64,000 bases of DNA from Octopus vulgaris (GCA_951406725.2 OX597822.1:29636001-29700000), one strand, 5' to 3'. Shown: positions 26,967 through 40,838, counted from the stretch's first letter. Numbers and translations: made by a program. The notes: generated by a model not told the origin, from the letters alone.

Positions 26967-28696
26967 AAGTGTACGACACTAGAAGAAAAAAGGTGATAGT
27001 GATAGGTTCCTCCTGATGCAGGCGGACTTCTTGGGAGACACAAGGAACTCCACCATCCAAGATCACACTGAATACCAAGGATCAATGCCCTTTCCAAATT
27101 TCTTTCTTCCGACTCACAGGTCTACACTCTTGCCATTTTCGCAACTTTCGCCATTTTCGCAACTTTCACCAACCTTTTGATAAATTCACAGCATCTTCTT
27201 CTCCACCCTCACTTTCTTTTTCAAATGAAACTTGGAAAAGTCGATGAGGGCTTTACCAAAGAGGAATGTTTCTGTTCTCATTTCTTTCAACCTCGTACAC
27301 CAGACAACCTCTTTCGCCACAGCCACCAGACAAAGGAAAACTGCCTTGCCCAATTAAAGGAGGGTAGCGGGGCAATACTCGTTTGGGACTCGGCAGACAG
27401 ATAGATCTGTCCCACACGCGACAGCAGCTGTTCAACATAACTCCACAAGTCAGCAACACCCGGATACTGAACAAGTGCATACAGAACAGTTTCGTCGCTC
27501 TGCGAGCACATCAGGCAGGCCCGACTGATAGCACGCCCGTGCTTGTAGGGCTTATCTCGAACAGGTAACTCCCCTCGCCCCCGGTAACACTGCCAGGCCA
27601 AAGACATCTAGAAATTATCCATAATAGTCCCCGTCCAGAAAGTCCTCCGGAATAGACTTGCCAGATCGTCTTCGTCGATGCCTAGGCTCTCCCGAGGACG
27701 TCGTCGCACTTCTTCATTACTAATAGCTAAAGTGGAACATCCACCGATCCTGTTGCCCGACTTGTAGAGGACAGTGAGCACCTGACGGTATTCTAAGTGC
27801 CAGGCGCCTAGTCACGGCCTATCTTTTACCCAGGACAGCAGCTCCATCAAGGAAACGAGCTGTAGAAAGGCGTGTCTCACAAACGGAGCCCACACACATT
27901 CACCTTCTAGAAATCGTTACAGGTGGCGCAACCTGAGTGCGTGTCTGCGCAGCAAAAGCCATGGCATGCCCAAGTCGCCGCGCAGAGGGAGTTGGCAACA
28001 GACTGACCCACTGAATATTGGAAGGCGTCCCTTCCACAAGAAAATAAAGAGGATACGCTCCAATCTAATCAAGCAATACCTGGGGCATGGCACGAGGGTC
28101 AGACGATAAATAATGACAGACGATATAGACATTTGCTACCTCTGCTCAACCTTTCAGGGATAACTTTCTCTCTGCCCATTTCTAGGTAAGACAGGCCACC
28201 CAGTTCACCTTTTCCCAATTCTTATCCACCTGGAGGTCGAGACCGAAACCGATACCAAGCATTTTAACTGGTCTTTCAGTCCATCGTCCAACAATGCCGT
28301 CCGACAGCATCGATCTGTCTCTCCAGGTGCTCAGTCGCAATCCCACCAACTTGTCAGCATTGATTTTAGCCCGACTCATATTCCCTTACAATGTATCCGA
28401 CGACAAGCACCAACCTTTTCCCTAACACCTTGGTCAGAATCTTAAACTCTGCGTTCAGCAGAGATATGGACCGAAAATCCTTAGTATGTCCTTTCTCAGC
28501 AGTGTTACCACACCCCCGGCTAACAGTACTAGGAATTCTCCTGTTCTGCTGTTAGTTACTGTAGACGTCTTACAAGAGGCTGACAAACAAATCTGGCATA
28601 AATACATAGAATTCGTAGGGTAGTCATGATGGGTATACTGGGCTTCGTATATTTTACCCCAGTATCACTTTGATGGCATGCACGGCTCTCTCACTC

Positions 28697-28779
<83 letters not shown>

Positions 28780-28799
28780 CAACAACAACAATAATAATC

Positions 28800-29567
28800 C
28801 TTCAGTCTTTGCAGGCTCAGGACGCAAAGCAGAGGCTGAAGGAATTTTAATTGCAGCACATGATCAAGGCCTTCCCACCAGAAATCACCCAAAACACATT
28901 GTGAAATACAAGTAACTGCAGAATATGTGGTTATAGAGAAGAAACAATAGATCATATTGTCTCTGGCTGCCCAGTTCTGGCTAAGAAGGAATATATTTAC
29001 AGACACCATAGAGTTGGGACCTATAAACACTTGAAACTATACCAACACTATGGAATAAAAACAGAAAAAAGATGGTATAGGCACACGCCAGAAAAGCTTA
29101 CAGAAATGAGAAATCAACCATACTCTGGGATATTCCAATACACACAGATAGAAAAATTAAGGCCAGTATGTCGGATATAGCTGTCAGAAATCACCAAGGT
29201 TTCAATGCCAACAGATGAAAAGGTTTCTCTAAAAGAAATGGAGAAACTTTCAAAATACAAAGATCTGGAAATAGAGGTAACTCGAATGTAGAACCTAAAA
29301 ACAAGCAATTTCTATTATAGTAGGCGCATTACGTATGCAAAACAAACAAACAAACAACCATTCAGACAAGTACATAATAAAAACATCAGGACTTACAAGT
29401 ATATATAGCATACTGAAAATAGCACTACTAGGCAGTGCACACATCCTACGTAAAGCACTTTCAATAAAATGAAAATAAGAGCATCACAACAAACCACAGC
29501 ACATATACCAAGGCACACAAATCTGTGCTCGGTAGTGCAGTGAAAGCACGTGATAAAAATAAGACTA

Positions 29568-29570
<3 letters not shown>
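28800..29570 (+). mobile_element. R4/Dong-clade non-LTR retrotransposon 3' fragment (CCHC knuckle and RLE domain)
   Basis: EGILIAAHDQGLPTRN, CRICGYREETIDHIVSGCPVLAKKEYIYRH, ILWDIPIHTDR, EKLSKYKDLEIE, KIALLGSAHILRKAL; flanked by (AAT)n on both sides. Confidence 0.9.
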
Positions 29571-29629
<59 letters not shown>

Positions 29630-29630
<1 letters not shown>

Positions 29631-29780
29631 CCTTTCTACTATAGGCACAAGGCCTGAAATTTTGGGGAGGGGGATAGTCGATTATATCGATCCCAGTACT
29701 CAACTAGTACTAATTTTTCGACCCCGAAAGGATGAAATGTAAAGTCGACCTCGGCGGAATTTGGACTCCGACGGGCGAAA
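29630..29780 (-). mobile_element. SINE family A
   Basis: cgaccccgaaaggatgaaa..aaagtcgacctcggcggaattt. Confidence 0.8.
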
Positions 29781-30256
29781 CCAGCACGTCGCTGCCTCTT
29801 CCATCATGTCAAAACATTAAACTAGCTACAGTAAACCGTCAAAAAACATTAAAACATTTGCGAGCAAATTCTATATTTAAAAGCTACGAGAAAACCATCA
29901 GGAGTTGCTAGAAATAACAGTCAAACCATTGATTAAAGAAGATATTTATGAATTAATTCAAAAGTTTGCAACATACTCTAGGATTTTGTAAAATAAATTA
30001 TCTTTCTCATATCTTCTCCACATAAATTCACGGAGAGTCAACCATAGAACGGTGTGTCCCACGCTGGCGTTTGTTTTTACGCTTTAAAGATGCCCAGGTA
30101 CTTTCAATTTGTTGAGTGTGAGTACCATCTGTTGTGTAAACAATTATAGAACACGTGGTGGTTACTTTCCTTGTACACATGCGCAGCATCATTGGTTACT
30201 ACGAAAGCAGAGTCATTCGTAATCAGCTATGGAACATGTGGTGCTTCTTTGCTTTA

Positions 30257-30270
30257 GTTACTATGGAAAC
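30257..30270. promoter_or_regulatory. RFX X-box-like site in a motif cluster
   Basis: GTTACTATGGAAAC, near CACGTG, CATGCGCA and ATTGG within about 120 bp of unique sequence. Confidence 0.3.
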
Positions 30271-30506
30271 AGAGTTCTTCGCAACGGTGATGTGTAAAAT
30301 ACTCGCTTCTGATTGGGTAAAATATCCAAATTTTGCAAAATCTAAAGTCTAATAGCATTTCAATTATGAATTTATAGGAAAACTTAAATATATTTTCATA
30401 ATTAGTATACAAAACTTAATCCATATACCCATATTGAAAACAATTGGAACAAAATTATAGACAGTGATGAAAACCACAAAGATCCTAATAATGAAAATAA
30501 TAATAA

Positions 30507-30592
<86 letters not shown>

Positions 30593-30597
30593 TTCCG

Positions 30598-30780
30598 TTC
30601 TACTAAAGGCACAAGGTCTGAAATTTTCTTGTAGGGGATAAGTCGATTACATCAACCCCAGTGTTTCATTGGTACTTAATTTATCGACTCCGAAAGGAAG
30701 CAAGGCAAGATCGACTACGACGGAATTTGAACTCAGAACGTAAGGACGGATGAAATGCCGCTAAGCATTTTACCCGGCTT
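30598..30780 (-). mobile_element. SINE family A
   Basis: Family core on the minus strand. Confidence 0.8.
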
Positions 30781-31059
30781 GAGAAGAAGAAAGCAGAAGA
30801 AAGCATATTTTATCTTCAACTGCTTTGAAATCTACCGAATCTTCTTAGAATCAGACTAGCATCAAGAAATCACTCTCTCCAAATTTTAAACTGATTCTGT
30901 CAATGTTTTGAAGCTGCGGACGCTATTCATGATAGAGAGAATACATTAAATCACACTGTACACAGTTGTTGAGAGAATAGGATACATGCGTAGATGCGAT
31001 AGCAGCTGCTTATTTATTTTCCTGAATTTTGATATATATTAAGGTCTTTAGTTTAATTA

Positions 31060-31860
31060 CTCTTGTTTCAGTCATTTGACTGCTGCCATGCTGGAGCACC
31101 ACCTTTAGTTGAGCACATCGACCCCAGGACTTATTCTTTGTAAGTCTAGTACTTATTCTATCGGTCTCTTTTGCCGGACCGCTAAGTTACGGGGACGTAA
31201 ACGCACCAGCATTGGTTGTCAAGCGATGTTGGGGGGACAAACACAGACACACAAACATATACCCCGCCACACATATATATATACGACGGGCTTCTTTCAG
31301 TTTCCGTCTACCAAATCCACTCGGTCGGCCCGAGGCTATAGTAGAAGACACTTGGCCCGAGGCTATAGTGGAAGACACTTGGCCCACGCAGTGGGACTGA
31401 GCCCGGAACCATGTGGTTGGTAAGCAAGCTACTTACCACACAGCCACTCCTGCGCCTAAAAAAAAAAGAAAAAAGAATGAATAAACTACACGTGTATGTG
31501 TGTGTGTGGAGGAACTAATGTATAGAAATTTAAGAAAGCCCCCCCACAAAAAAATAGCGGCCATGCTGGAGCACCGTCTTGAAGGATTTCAGTCAAACAA
31601 ATCGACCACAGGACTTAATTTTTAAGTCTTGTACTTATTCTATCGGCCCTCTTCACCGAACCGCTAAGCAATGGTGGAGGAACAAACACACACACGCACG
31701 CACGATGGGCTTCTTTCAGTTTCCGTCTACTAAATCTACTCACAAGGCTTTGGTTGGCCCGAGGCTATAGTAGAAGACTCTAGCCCAAGGAACCACGCAG
31801 TGAGACTGAGCTCGGAACCCTGTGGATGAGAAGCAAGCTTCTTACCACAGAACCACGCCT
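31060..31860 (-). mobile_element. Two SINE family B copies (31060-31457 and 31555-31860)
   Basis: cttctttcagtttccgtctac...ggcccgaggctatagtagaagacac. The first copy has an internal duplication of ggcccgaggctatagtrgaagacactt. Confidence 0.9.
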
Positions 31861-32540
31861 GTATTTGTATATAGACAAATAAATAAAATAAACAGAATAG
31901 GAGTCCCAATATTACTTTTATTCAGAGTGATAAAAGATATTATTTCGTTTTTTACGTTTTAAATCATCCATAACATTTTACTGTCGAGAAACGGCTGAAT
32001 AGAAATTAATAAAAAGTACATTACATTAAAAAGCTGTTTTATCTTTTCTTAAATACATAAATGCTTTTAAATATTTTATGTACAATTATGTGAAGCTTTA
32101 AATGTAAGAGGTGCGCTGTACAGGTGGAAGGTCGTTTAATAATTCAACTAAAAGTCACTGACACGAGAGGGAAGCTGTGTTGCAAGCAACTATTTTACTT
32201 TTTTCAGTCATTGAATTGCGGCTGTGCTGGGGCATTGCCTTGAAGTTTTGTTTTGGTCGAATAGAGAGAGAGACATCAGTACTAATTTCTTTTTTTTTTA
32301 TAAAAGTTGGGTGCGTATTCTATCGGACTTTGTTCTACAGAATCGCTAATACATAAACAACGGCTGTGGAGGCGACAATGACAATGAAGACGATGACGGC
32401 GATGACGACGGTGACGAGGTGGATGATGACAGCGACGGCGATGACGACAAGGACGGCAAAGTCAACGAGAAAGACGACGAAGACGAAGACTGCGCCGGCT
32501 GCGGCGGTGACAACGATGATGGCGTCGGCACCAACGAGCT

Positions 32541-33146
32541 GAGGCGCAATGGCCTAGTGGCTAAGGCAGCGGACTCGCGGTTATAAGAACGCGGTTTCGA
32601 TTCCCAAACCAGGCATTGTGAGTGTTTATTGAGTAAAAACACCTAAGCTCCACGATGCTCCGGCGTGGGGTGGTGGTGAACCCCGCTGTACTCTTTCACC
32701 ACAACTTTCTCTCCTTCTTTCTTCCTACTTCTGCCACAAAGCAGAGGAACCATGGTGTAACCCACTATGGTGTGGTAAACTTTCAGACCCTAGTCTAGAT
32801 TGCGAATCCTCTGTACTCCAGGATGGTTCAGCTCTCTACCCGTTAAAAACCACCGTTTACGGAATGAGGATAACAACGTAGCTTTCGTGCCCGTGCAACC
32901 ACCAGTCTATCGCATGTGGTGGGTGGATCTTCAAGTTGCCACACGCATTCTTAGTAGCTTAGAGTAGGCTGGAATTAGAGATTATTCTTTGTGGCTAATG
33001 GTGTGAGCCCTGATTGGAAGAAGAAGAAGAAGAAGAAGAAGAAGAAGAAGAAGAAGAAGAAGAAGAAGAAGAAGAAGAAGAAGAAGAAGAAGAAGAAGAA
33101 GAAGAAGAAGAAGAAGAAGAAGAAGAAGAAGAAGAAGAAGAAGAAG
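32541..33146 (+). mobile_element. tRNA-derived SINE family C with (GAA)n tail
   Basis: A box tggcctagtgg, B box ggtttcgattcc; near-identical to the reverse complement of 4163-4765. Confidence 0.92.
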
Positions 33147-34104
33147 ACTACAGCGACCAAACACATAGAAACGAAAATGTACCGCTTCTAATTTCTAAAG
33201 TTTACACATTCATCGACATTAAGAATTGAATGGGAAAATATGGCCATCACTCATGAATCCGTATAAGACTCATAACTAAAGAAACTAAGATTTTTCTCTC
33301 ATTATTCTATCATCTTTGATTCATTTACACCAAACGCACAATAGAATTCTTAACAAGACACACGGCAGACAATTACTTTTTCCGTATATTACAGACGGGC
33401 TGAATTTCCGCACACGGTATGTCGCAGACTTGATGAAGGCTTTGTGAAAGACTAGCAGCTGCTCATACATGGTGGTCTTTCCTCTCTACGCTTCTGATGT
33501 TGTACAATTGAAAAGCTAGGCCAATAGTACTTGTTATCAGCGTTATCGCAGGCGTTGCGTCAGAATGTAGTGAGGCACAGCAGATACTGCAAAGCATTGC
33601 GTTCAATGTTTGGACAATTCTGGCATTCCTGTTCTCAGGACTGGTGCTATTTGTCTTTTTTGTTGATTCCGAAAGTGTGAAAAGCAACAGTTGAGTTTTG
33701 CTGTATTTGAACTCTGAGCGTAGCGAGTCGGTAAAACATACCACAGAACATTCACCACAAAACATTCACCACAGAACATTCACCTTGATGCTCTAACGAC
33801 TCTGTTGAATGTCATCCACGACAGACGACCAGAACGCATTAGTAGATACTAATCAAACTGGATGGAAAAGAAACAAAGAAATAAAACTAAATAAATACAA
33901 AAAATTAAAATACCACCACCAAACAAAAATAAAGTAAAAATTTATTTAAAAATGTAAAAACATAAATATGACAAAATTTAATATAAAAATGTAAAAACAC
34001 AAAAATATGACAAAAATTAACAAAAACGAAACAACAAAACACAGAAACAGCCAATCAAGAAGACCTATTATCACGTTAAGCACTATCAACACGCACACAC
34101 ACAT

Positions 34105-35105
34105 TTGAGCGCCGTAAAAATGCCTTGCAGTATTTTTTCACTCTGCGTTCTGAGTTCAAATCTCGCCGAAGGCAACTTTGCCTTTTCCCCTTTCGTGGTG
34201 TCAGTTGAACGTTGGTGATCGATGCAGTAGACTAATCCGGCCCTCTAAAAATTGCTGCGCTTGAGTTAAAATTTGAAAGTGAAGGCGGCGAGCTGGCAGA
34301 AACGTTAGCACGCCGGGTGAAATGCTTAGCGTTATTTCGTCTGCCGTTACGTTCTGAGTTCAAATTCCGCCGAGGTCGACTTTGTCTTTCATCCTTTCGG
34401 GGTCGATTAAATAAGTACCAGTTACGCACTGGGGTCGATATAATCGACTTAATCCGTTTGTCTGTCCTTGTTTGTCCTCTCTGTGTGTAGCACCTTTTGG
34501 GCAGTAAAAAATAAATATTTCGTCTGACGCTACGTTCTGAGTTCAAATTCCGCTGAGGTCGACTTTGCCTTTCATCCTTTCGGGGTCGATTAAATAAGTA
34601 CCAGTTACGCACTGGGTCGATATAATCAACTTAATCTGTTTGTCTGTCCTTGTTTGTCCCCTCTGTGCGTAGCCCTTTTGTGGGCAGTAAAGAAATAAGA
34701 ATCATTAGCTGGTCGGAAAAAATGTTTAGTGGCTCTTTTACAATCTGAGTTCAAATTGCGCCGAGGTCGACCTTACTTTTCATCCTTTCAGGTTCGATGA
34801 AGTAAGTACTAGTTGAGTAGTGTGATCGATTACAACGACTAACCCCACTTCTCAAAATTTTTGGCCTTGTCCCTATAGCAGAAAGAATTTTTAAAGACGG
34901 CGAGCTGGCAAAATCATAAGCGCATCGGACAAAATGCTTGCTGACATCTCTTTCGGCTCATTACGTTCTGAGTTCAAACTCTGCTGAGGTCAACTTTGCT
35001 TTTCCCCCTTCCAGGGTCGATAAAATAAGAGCCAGTTGAACACTGGGGTCGATTAGATCGTCTTTACCCGCCACCTCAAAATTGCTGGCCTTGTGCCAAA
35101 ATTAC
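34105..35105 (+). mobile_element. Head-to-tail cluster of about 5 SINE family A units
   Basis: tctgagttcaaa core recurs near 34150, 34352, 34536, 34745 and 34967. Confidence 0.9.
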
Positions 35106-35122
35106 AGAAAACATTATTAGTA

Positions 35123-35525
35123 TAGGCGCGGCATTGGCTGTGTGGTAAGTAGATTGCTTACCAAGCACATAGTTCCGGGTTCAGTCCCATTGCGTGACAC
35201 CTTGGGCAAGTGTCTTCTACTATAGACTCGGGCCGACCAAAGCCTTGTGAGTGGATTTGGTAGACGGAAACTGAAAGAAACCTTTCGTGTACACACACGC
35301 ACACACATACACACATATGTGTGTGTCTATGTTTGTCGCCCTACTATCTCTTGACGACCAATGTTGGTGTGTTTACGTACTCGTAATTTAGCGGTTCAAC
35401 AAAAGAGTCCGATAGAATAAGTACTAGGCTTACAAAGAATAAGTCATGGGGTAGATTTGTTCGACTAAAGGCGTTGATCTAGCATGGCCGCAGTCAAATG
35501 ACTGAAACAAATAAAAGAATAAAAG
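35123..35525 (+). mobile_element. SINE family B, full length
   Basis: A box tggctgtgtgg, B box gggttcagtccc, CORE-like caccttgggcaagt, internal (CA)/(TG) repeat and A-rich tail. Confidence 0.92.
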
Positions 35526-36207
35526 AAAAAAGAATATGATATCTCTATGCGTCTGTTTTTGCTCATCTACCAGCCTTTTCACTGTGGCTACGCAAAATCT
35601 TTTTTAATATCTCACCTCAGCAATGCTTACACATCTCTAAGTATACAAAACAACATTAAAACGTTTTGAATAAAACGTCCATTTCAACTGTACTAACTTA
35701 CAGTTATCTCCCATGTAATACTTCTATGGGAAATAACTCCATTATACTAGTTGCCTCCCCCCACAAAACCTCTGGATTATCTCATTCTCTGCGCCTGCAC
35801 TGTCTCTATGTTATAGATACATCTTTGGGAAACATTTTTGAAACCTCATATGTTGCTAACTAACGTCTATGCAGATTGCTATAAATGTTCCTGGAAGAGT
35901 AGCACCACAGGCACTATTGAAAAAATACGCGCGATAATCATTAACCTGAATTATCTAACAAAATATTGAGAATCAGTTATCGAAAAGGGAACAATTAATG
36001 ATAGTTAATACTATTTTTAGTAGTCGCTTAAACGAAACCTTTATTGTATTGGCTACTTGCATACCATTGTCGATCTTTTAATTTTGGTTTTCTTTGGGGG
36101 AAGGTCTTATTTATCAATTGCCTTTCAGTAATAAAGTATAAACGTTTGGGAATTAAGTAGCCATTATTTTCTAATTTAAATTAGGTGAACAAAATACTTA
36201 TACAAAC

Positions 36208-36580
<373 letters not shown>

Positions 36581-37967
36581 ATTTAAACTCACTCCAAAAC
36601 ACTATCAGCAGAATTAAGATATATAAGATGGGAGGCAAAATATATTATTTTTATTATCTTTACGAATCTTCTCTCCTCTTACCGAAACAACTTTTATTTT
36701 GGTTTCACAACTTTTGTGCTACAAATATTCATTGTTAATTAAATTCATTTTCGTTTTCCACAAGTATTATTTTGAGTCAATCCAAACTATTAAGAAAACT
36801 TCTCTTACTGTCTTTGCATCCCTCTCCATTGTTGGTTCACTTCAGTCACACACCAGTAAAGCACACAAAACAAACATTAATGTAACTAATGTGAATAGTT
36901 TTAACCAACTAATCTACAACCAAACAAAGGGACAGTTAGTTGTATCGTCGGAGCGCTCCTCGAAATGTCTTGCAACACTTATAATAATGATAATAATAAA
37001 ATTAGTGTATACAGTGCTCAGGTGCACCACAACTTGTCAAAAGTGCGTATAAAGTATATGCAGTAATGTACAAATGTCTGGAAAGCGAACAGTGTATGAG
37101 TCAGATACATGCTTGCGTGTGTATGGAGGGGAGAAAATCAGGTGTAGTGTTGGCGAATCTCAGGAAGCATGGCAGTTTTGAAGGATGCAGTGCTCCGACA
37201 ACACATTTCATCGTGTTCTAAGTTCATTCTTCCGGAGTTAACGAAATAAAGTATCAGTTACGTATGGAGAGTGACAATATTGACAGTACACCTCAAATTT
37301 CTGACCTTACATTTATATTTGAAATAAATATTTTAAATTTCAAAAGAATTATAAAATTTGAAATAAAAAGAAAAAAAAACGGGCTTTCCTCCGGTATTAT
37401 TGTTTCTTAGCAGATAAAAAATAAATATTATGGATCTGCTTATTATTTTCCTATTTTCTTTCACAGCAGATTTTTACTACGTGAGTGAGGCAACACAAGG
37501 TATCTACATTAGGGTTTCTTTGTTTGAGTTTATAGGAAAAGGTGATATGAAACTCAGCAGGTGATGTCACTGTCATTGAAAATGTTTAATCTATAATTTA
37601 ATTTTAATTGCTGAAACCGTTTTCTGTTAAAACTGACCGAAACTATGAATGACCCGAACATTTTTGACGACTGTTTAGCAGACACACAGTTATTTTCTTA
37701 CTTATAACCAAGGAAGTAGCAAATCAGATACTTTGTTACCATGCACGACAATCCACCATATGTTAAATATATCAAATTTTCCCTTACTCTGGTTTCACAC
37801 ATGTACCTATGAGGTGGTTGGGTTGATCGTAATCATATAAATGAATATTGTTTAGTATAAGAGTAGCTAATAGATCAGTTATCGGGGAAATATTGAAAGA
37901 GCCAGTACTTATCGCTGATGTAATGGATTTTAGCGGACGAAAAATACGTCTTTTGGAGATTACAGAT

Positions 37968-38158
37968 AAGGTCAACACCGTCAATTCACCGCGAGGTAAG
38001 TTTACCGAGAAAATATATCCATATTATCTTACCATTAATAGGTAAAAACATTTTTATTGAAAAAAATACCCGAACAAACCAACCAAACAACAACAAAAAC
38101 AAACAAACAAAGACCCACAAAAACGGTGAATTGATGACGGTGAACTTCCCCTGCGGTT
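37968..38158. mobile_element. Small MITE-like element with inverted ends
   Basis: caccgtcaattcaccg ... cggtgaattgatgacggtg. Confidence 0.5.
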
Positions 38159-38627
38159 ACGGCTTTCTGATTTTGGTTTAGGCTACTTGTGACATCACGC
38201 CAGTTCTTTTATTGCTGTGTATGTGTGCGTAATAACAGAGCTCATCTTCAATTTTTCTTTTACAATCGCGATGCATGAACTTTCTCAGATGCTTATTTCT
38301 TCAAAAATTTCCCGGTTTGTCAGGGGAGGATTTTCACGGATCACAGTAAATTCTTTGGCAATGAGAACATCATCCATTGTTGTGGAAGGTCAACCAGATT
38401 TGAAAATCGTCTTTGTTTGGTACTATTCTCAATTTAAAACATTGGTACAATTTGTGACATTGCATACAGCTCAAACAATCTTCTTCATAAATCTGTTGCA
38501 ATTGTTAAGTCAGGCTTAACGTAAAATTCCATTGCAAACGAATTTTACATTAAATTTGATTCTAATTTTAACAATGAGCCTCTCTCTATCATTAAATATA
38601 TTGTTGCTGTTATTAAACATTATAGGG

Positions 38628-39020
38628 AAGGCGGCGAGCTGGAAGAAACGTTAGCACGCCGGGCGAAATGCTTAGCGGTATTTCGTCTGTCGTTACGTTC
38701 TGAGTTCAAATTCCGCCGAGGTCGACTTTGCCTTTCATCCTGTCGGGGTCAAGTAAATAAATACCACTTACGCACTGGGCTCGATGTAATCGACTTAATA
38801 CCTATATCTGTCCTTGTTTGTCCTCTTTATGTTTAGCCCTTGTGGGTAGTAATGAAATATGTATTTCGTCCGCCTTTACGTTCTGAGTTCAAATTCCACC
38901 GATGCTTACTTTGTCTTTCACCCTTCCGGGATCGATACAATAAATACCAGTTGGGGTCAATGACATCGGCTTAAACCCTTCTCCAGAAATTGCTGGCCTT
39001 GTGCTAAAATTTGAAACCAA
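38628..39020 (+). mobile_element. SINE family A dimer
   Basis: A full long-tail unit joined to a headless unit at gtatttcgtc. Confidence 0.9.
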
Positions 39021-39897
39021 TACTAATTCTCCAGTTTCATGTCATCTTGGCTTTGTTGGAAGTAGATGCCTTCTTTTGTCTAAACTTCCAGCATTATTTT
39101 ATTATAGTTGGTGTAACAACTGACAACCAATGGTAGATTGTTAGTTACATATAATACGATGAAACACAGAATGAATCCCAAAATGGTGCCTTGTAGTCAC
39201 CAATTAGACTTTGGTATGTCATGCGCCCTTAGGCTCATAAGGCCGAAAGTTAACCTGATATCCTTGGCGTATACATAACTGAGATTACAGCAATCCCTCC
39301 TGAACGAAACGTCAGCCCAGCGCAGGGAAAACGACCCCGCTATTGCTGGAACCCATATACAATTAAATGAACTACAAGTGCTTTCATTCAAGACTTAAGT
39401 ACCAAGAGTAACTTTAGAATTGACAAATCTAAATTATCGATTTTAATTTCTCTGATAATAAATCTCTCTGAAAGGGATCAACAGGCTCTCTAAACAAAGC
39501 TTCATCTCTCATCTATCTATCACTATGGAAACTGTTGTTGTTTACTGCTCCTATTAGTTCCTGCGGTTATGAGATTTAGAAATCATTAATTAATTTTTTT
39601 GCAAGTATTAATATAAAGGAGACATTCTGAGGAAATATTTGATAGGATAGAGTTATGGTGACTTTAAGAACCAGACTATTTCATGTAAATGTAACTTGTT
39701 TCATAATTACATGGGAAAATCTGTACTCTTGCGCTGGTGTACTCTTGTCCTTGCCCGAGCTGGTAGAAAAGAAACTCCCAAATCACGTTCCAAAATCACA
39801 AAAATAATCTACTGTCTAGGAAAAAGAAGTGAGAACATATTTGGATAATGCGGTTTAACCCTTAATTATTCAGATTATTGTCAAATGTAATGATTAT

Positions 39898-40260
39898 ATT
39901 GGGTTGTCCGGAAAGTTCGTACCGATTTTTAAAGGAAAGAAATAGGCCAATAAATACTTGCCATTACATTTTTAATCAACCAAATATGAACTATTTTGTT
40001 GCACAATGCGTCTCCATCTTTTCTTTAACTTGAAAATACCCTCTTCCCCGAATTGAGGTGGTTTCATGGCAAAGAATTCGTCATGGTATCTTTTTACGTC
40101 ATCCAAGGAATTGAAATTTCTACCATTAAGACCTGAATAAGTGGAAATCCGAAGGAGCAATATCTGGTGAATATGGAGGGTGGGGTAACATATCCCAGCC
40201 GAGCTGCAGCAATTCTTGTCCGGTTCCCAAAGCATCAAATGCGTCTCCATCAAAACATAA
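39898..40260 (-). mobile_element. mariner 3' fragment
   Basis: TA followed by TIR ttgggttgtccggaaagttcg. HPPYSPDIAPSDFHL and GIFKLKKRWRRIVQQNSSY. Confidence 0.9.
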
Positions 40261-40803
40261 AACAAAGTACAGTATTTGGGTTTAATGTGGCCGGTTTGAA
40301 TACAAAAGCTTAAGATGCATTATGTGTGACGCTAAGAGCAGAGAGTAATGATTTACTTCCCTTTGGTCAGAGTTAACTAGGATGTGGGTATCAGATAAGA
40401 AAATCGAGTTAAAAATCAATGAAAAATACATCTGAAGCAAAGATTTAATACTTGTCTTGAAAAACGCATCTTAGAAAAGCATGAAAAACAAACGGTAAAA
40501 ACAAGAAAAAATAACAAAAAAAAAACAAGAAAAAAACCCCCAAAACAAATGATATGTTTTTCTGAACAGTTGATATTTATTAGTATATAAAATATTTAAT
40601 TTGTTAATTTATATTTTAAATAGTAACAATCTTCGATTATTTTTTGGCGTATGAATATAAATATAAGTTCGAAAAAAAGCAAAAAAAGCTATTACCAATA
40701 TACACAAAGTTACATACACACATATTGATATATATTCATAAACACACATACATACACGCGCGCGTACGCACACGACGACAGATACACACACGTACACACA
40801 CCG

Positions 40804-40838
<35 letters not shown>

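Larger units (their letters stand above)
24355..28620 (-). mobile_element. Tx1-clade LINE (degenerate RT and zf-RVT, 3' UTR, (ATT)n tail), interrupted by the CR1 element
   Basis: FRSISLLNAEFKILTKV near 28430-28480, VKMLGIGFG, LPLRGDLGMP and WQCYRG..LPVRDK..CLMC. 3' end aaataaagaaatc(att)n at 24410-24355. Confidence 0.8.

Noticed and set aside
32541-32615. tRNA-like sequences (also at 4690-4765, 35123, 49121 and 54772)
   Set aside because: They lack a proper acceptor stem and continue into SINE bodies, so they are SINE heads rather than tRNA genes.
34105-35105. Regularly recurring repeats resembling a CRISPR-like array
   Set aside because: The units are SINE copies of 150-250 bp with no unique spacers and no cas genes, in eukaryotic DNA.
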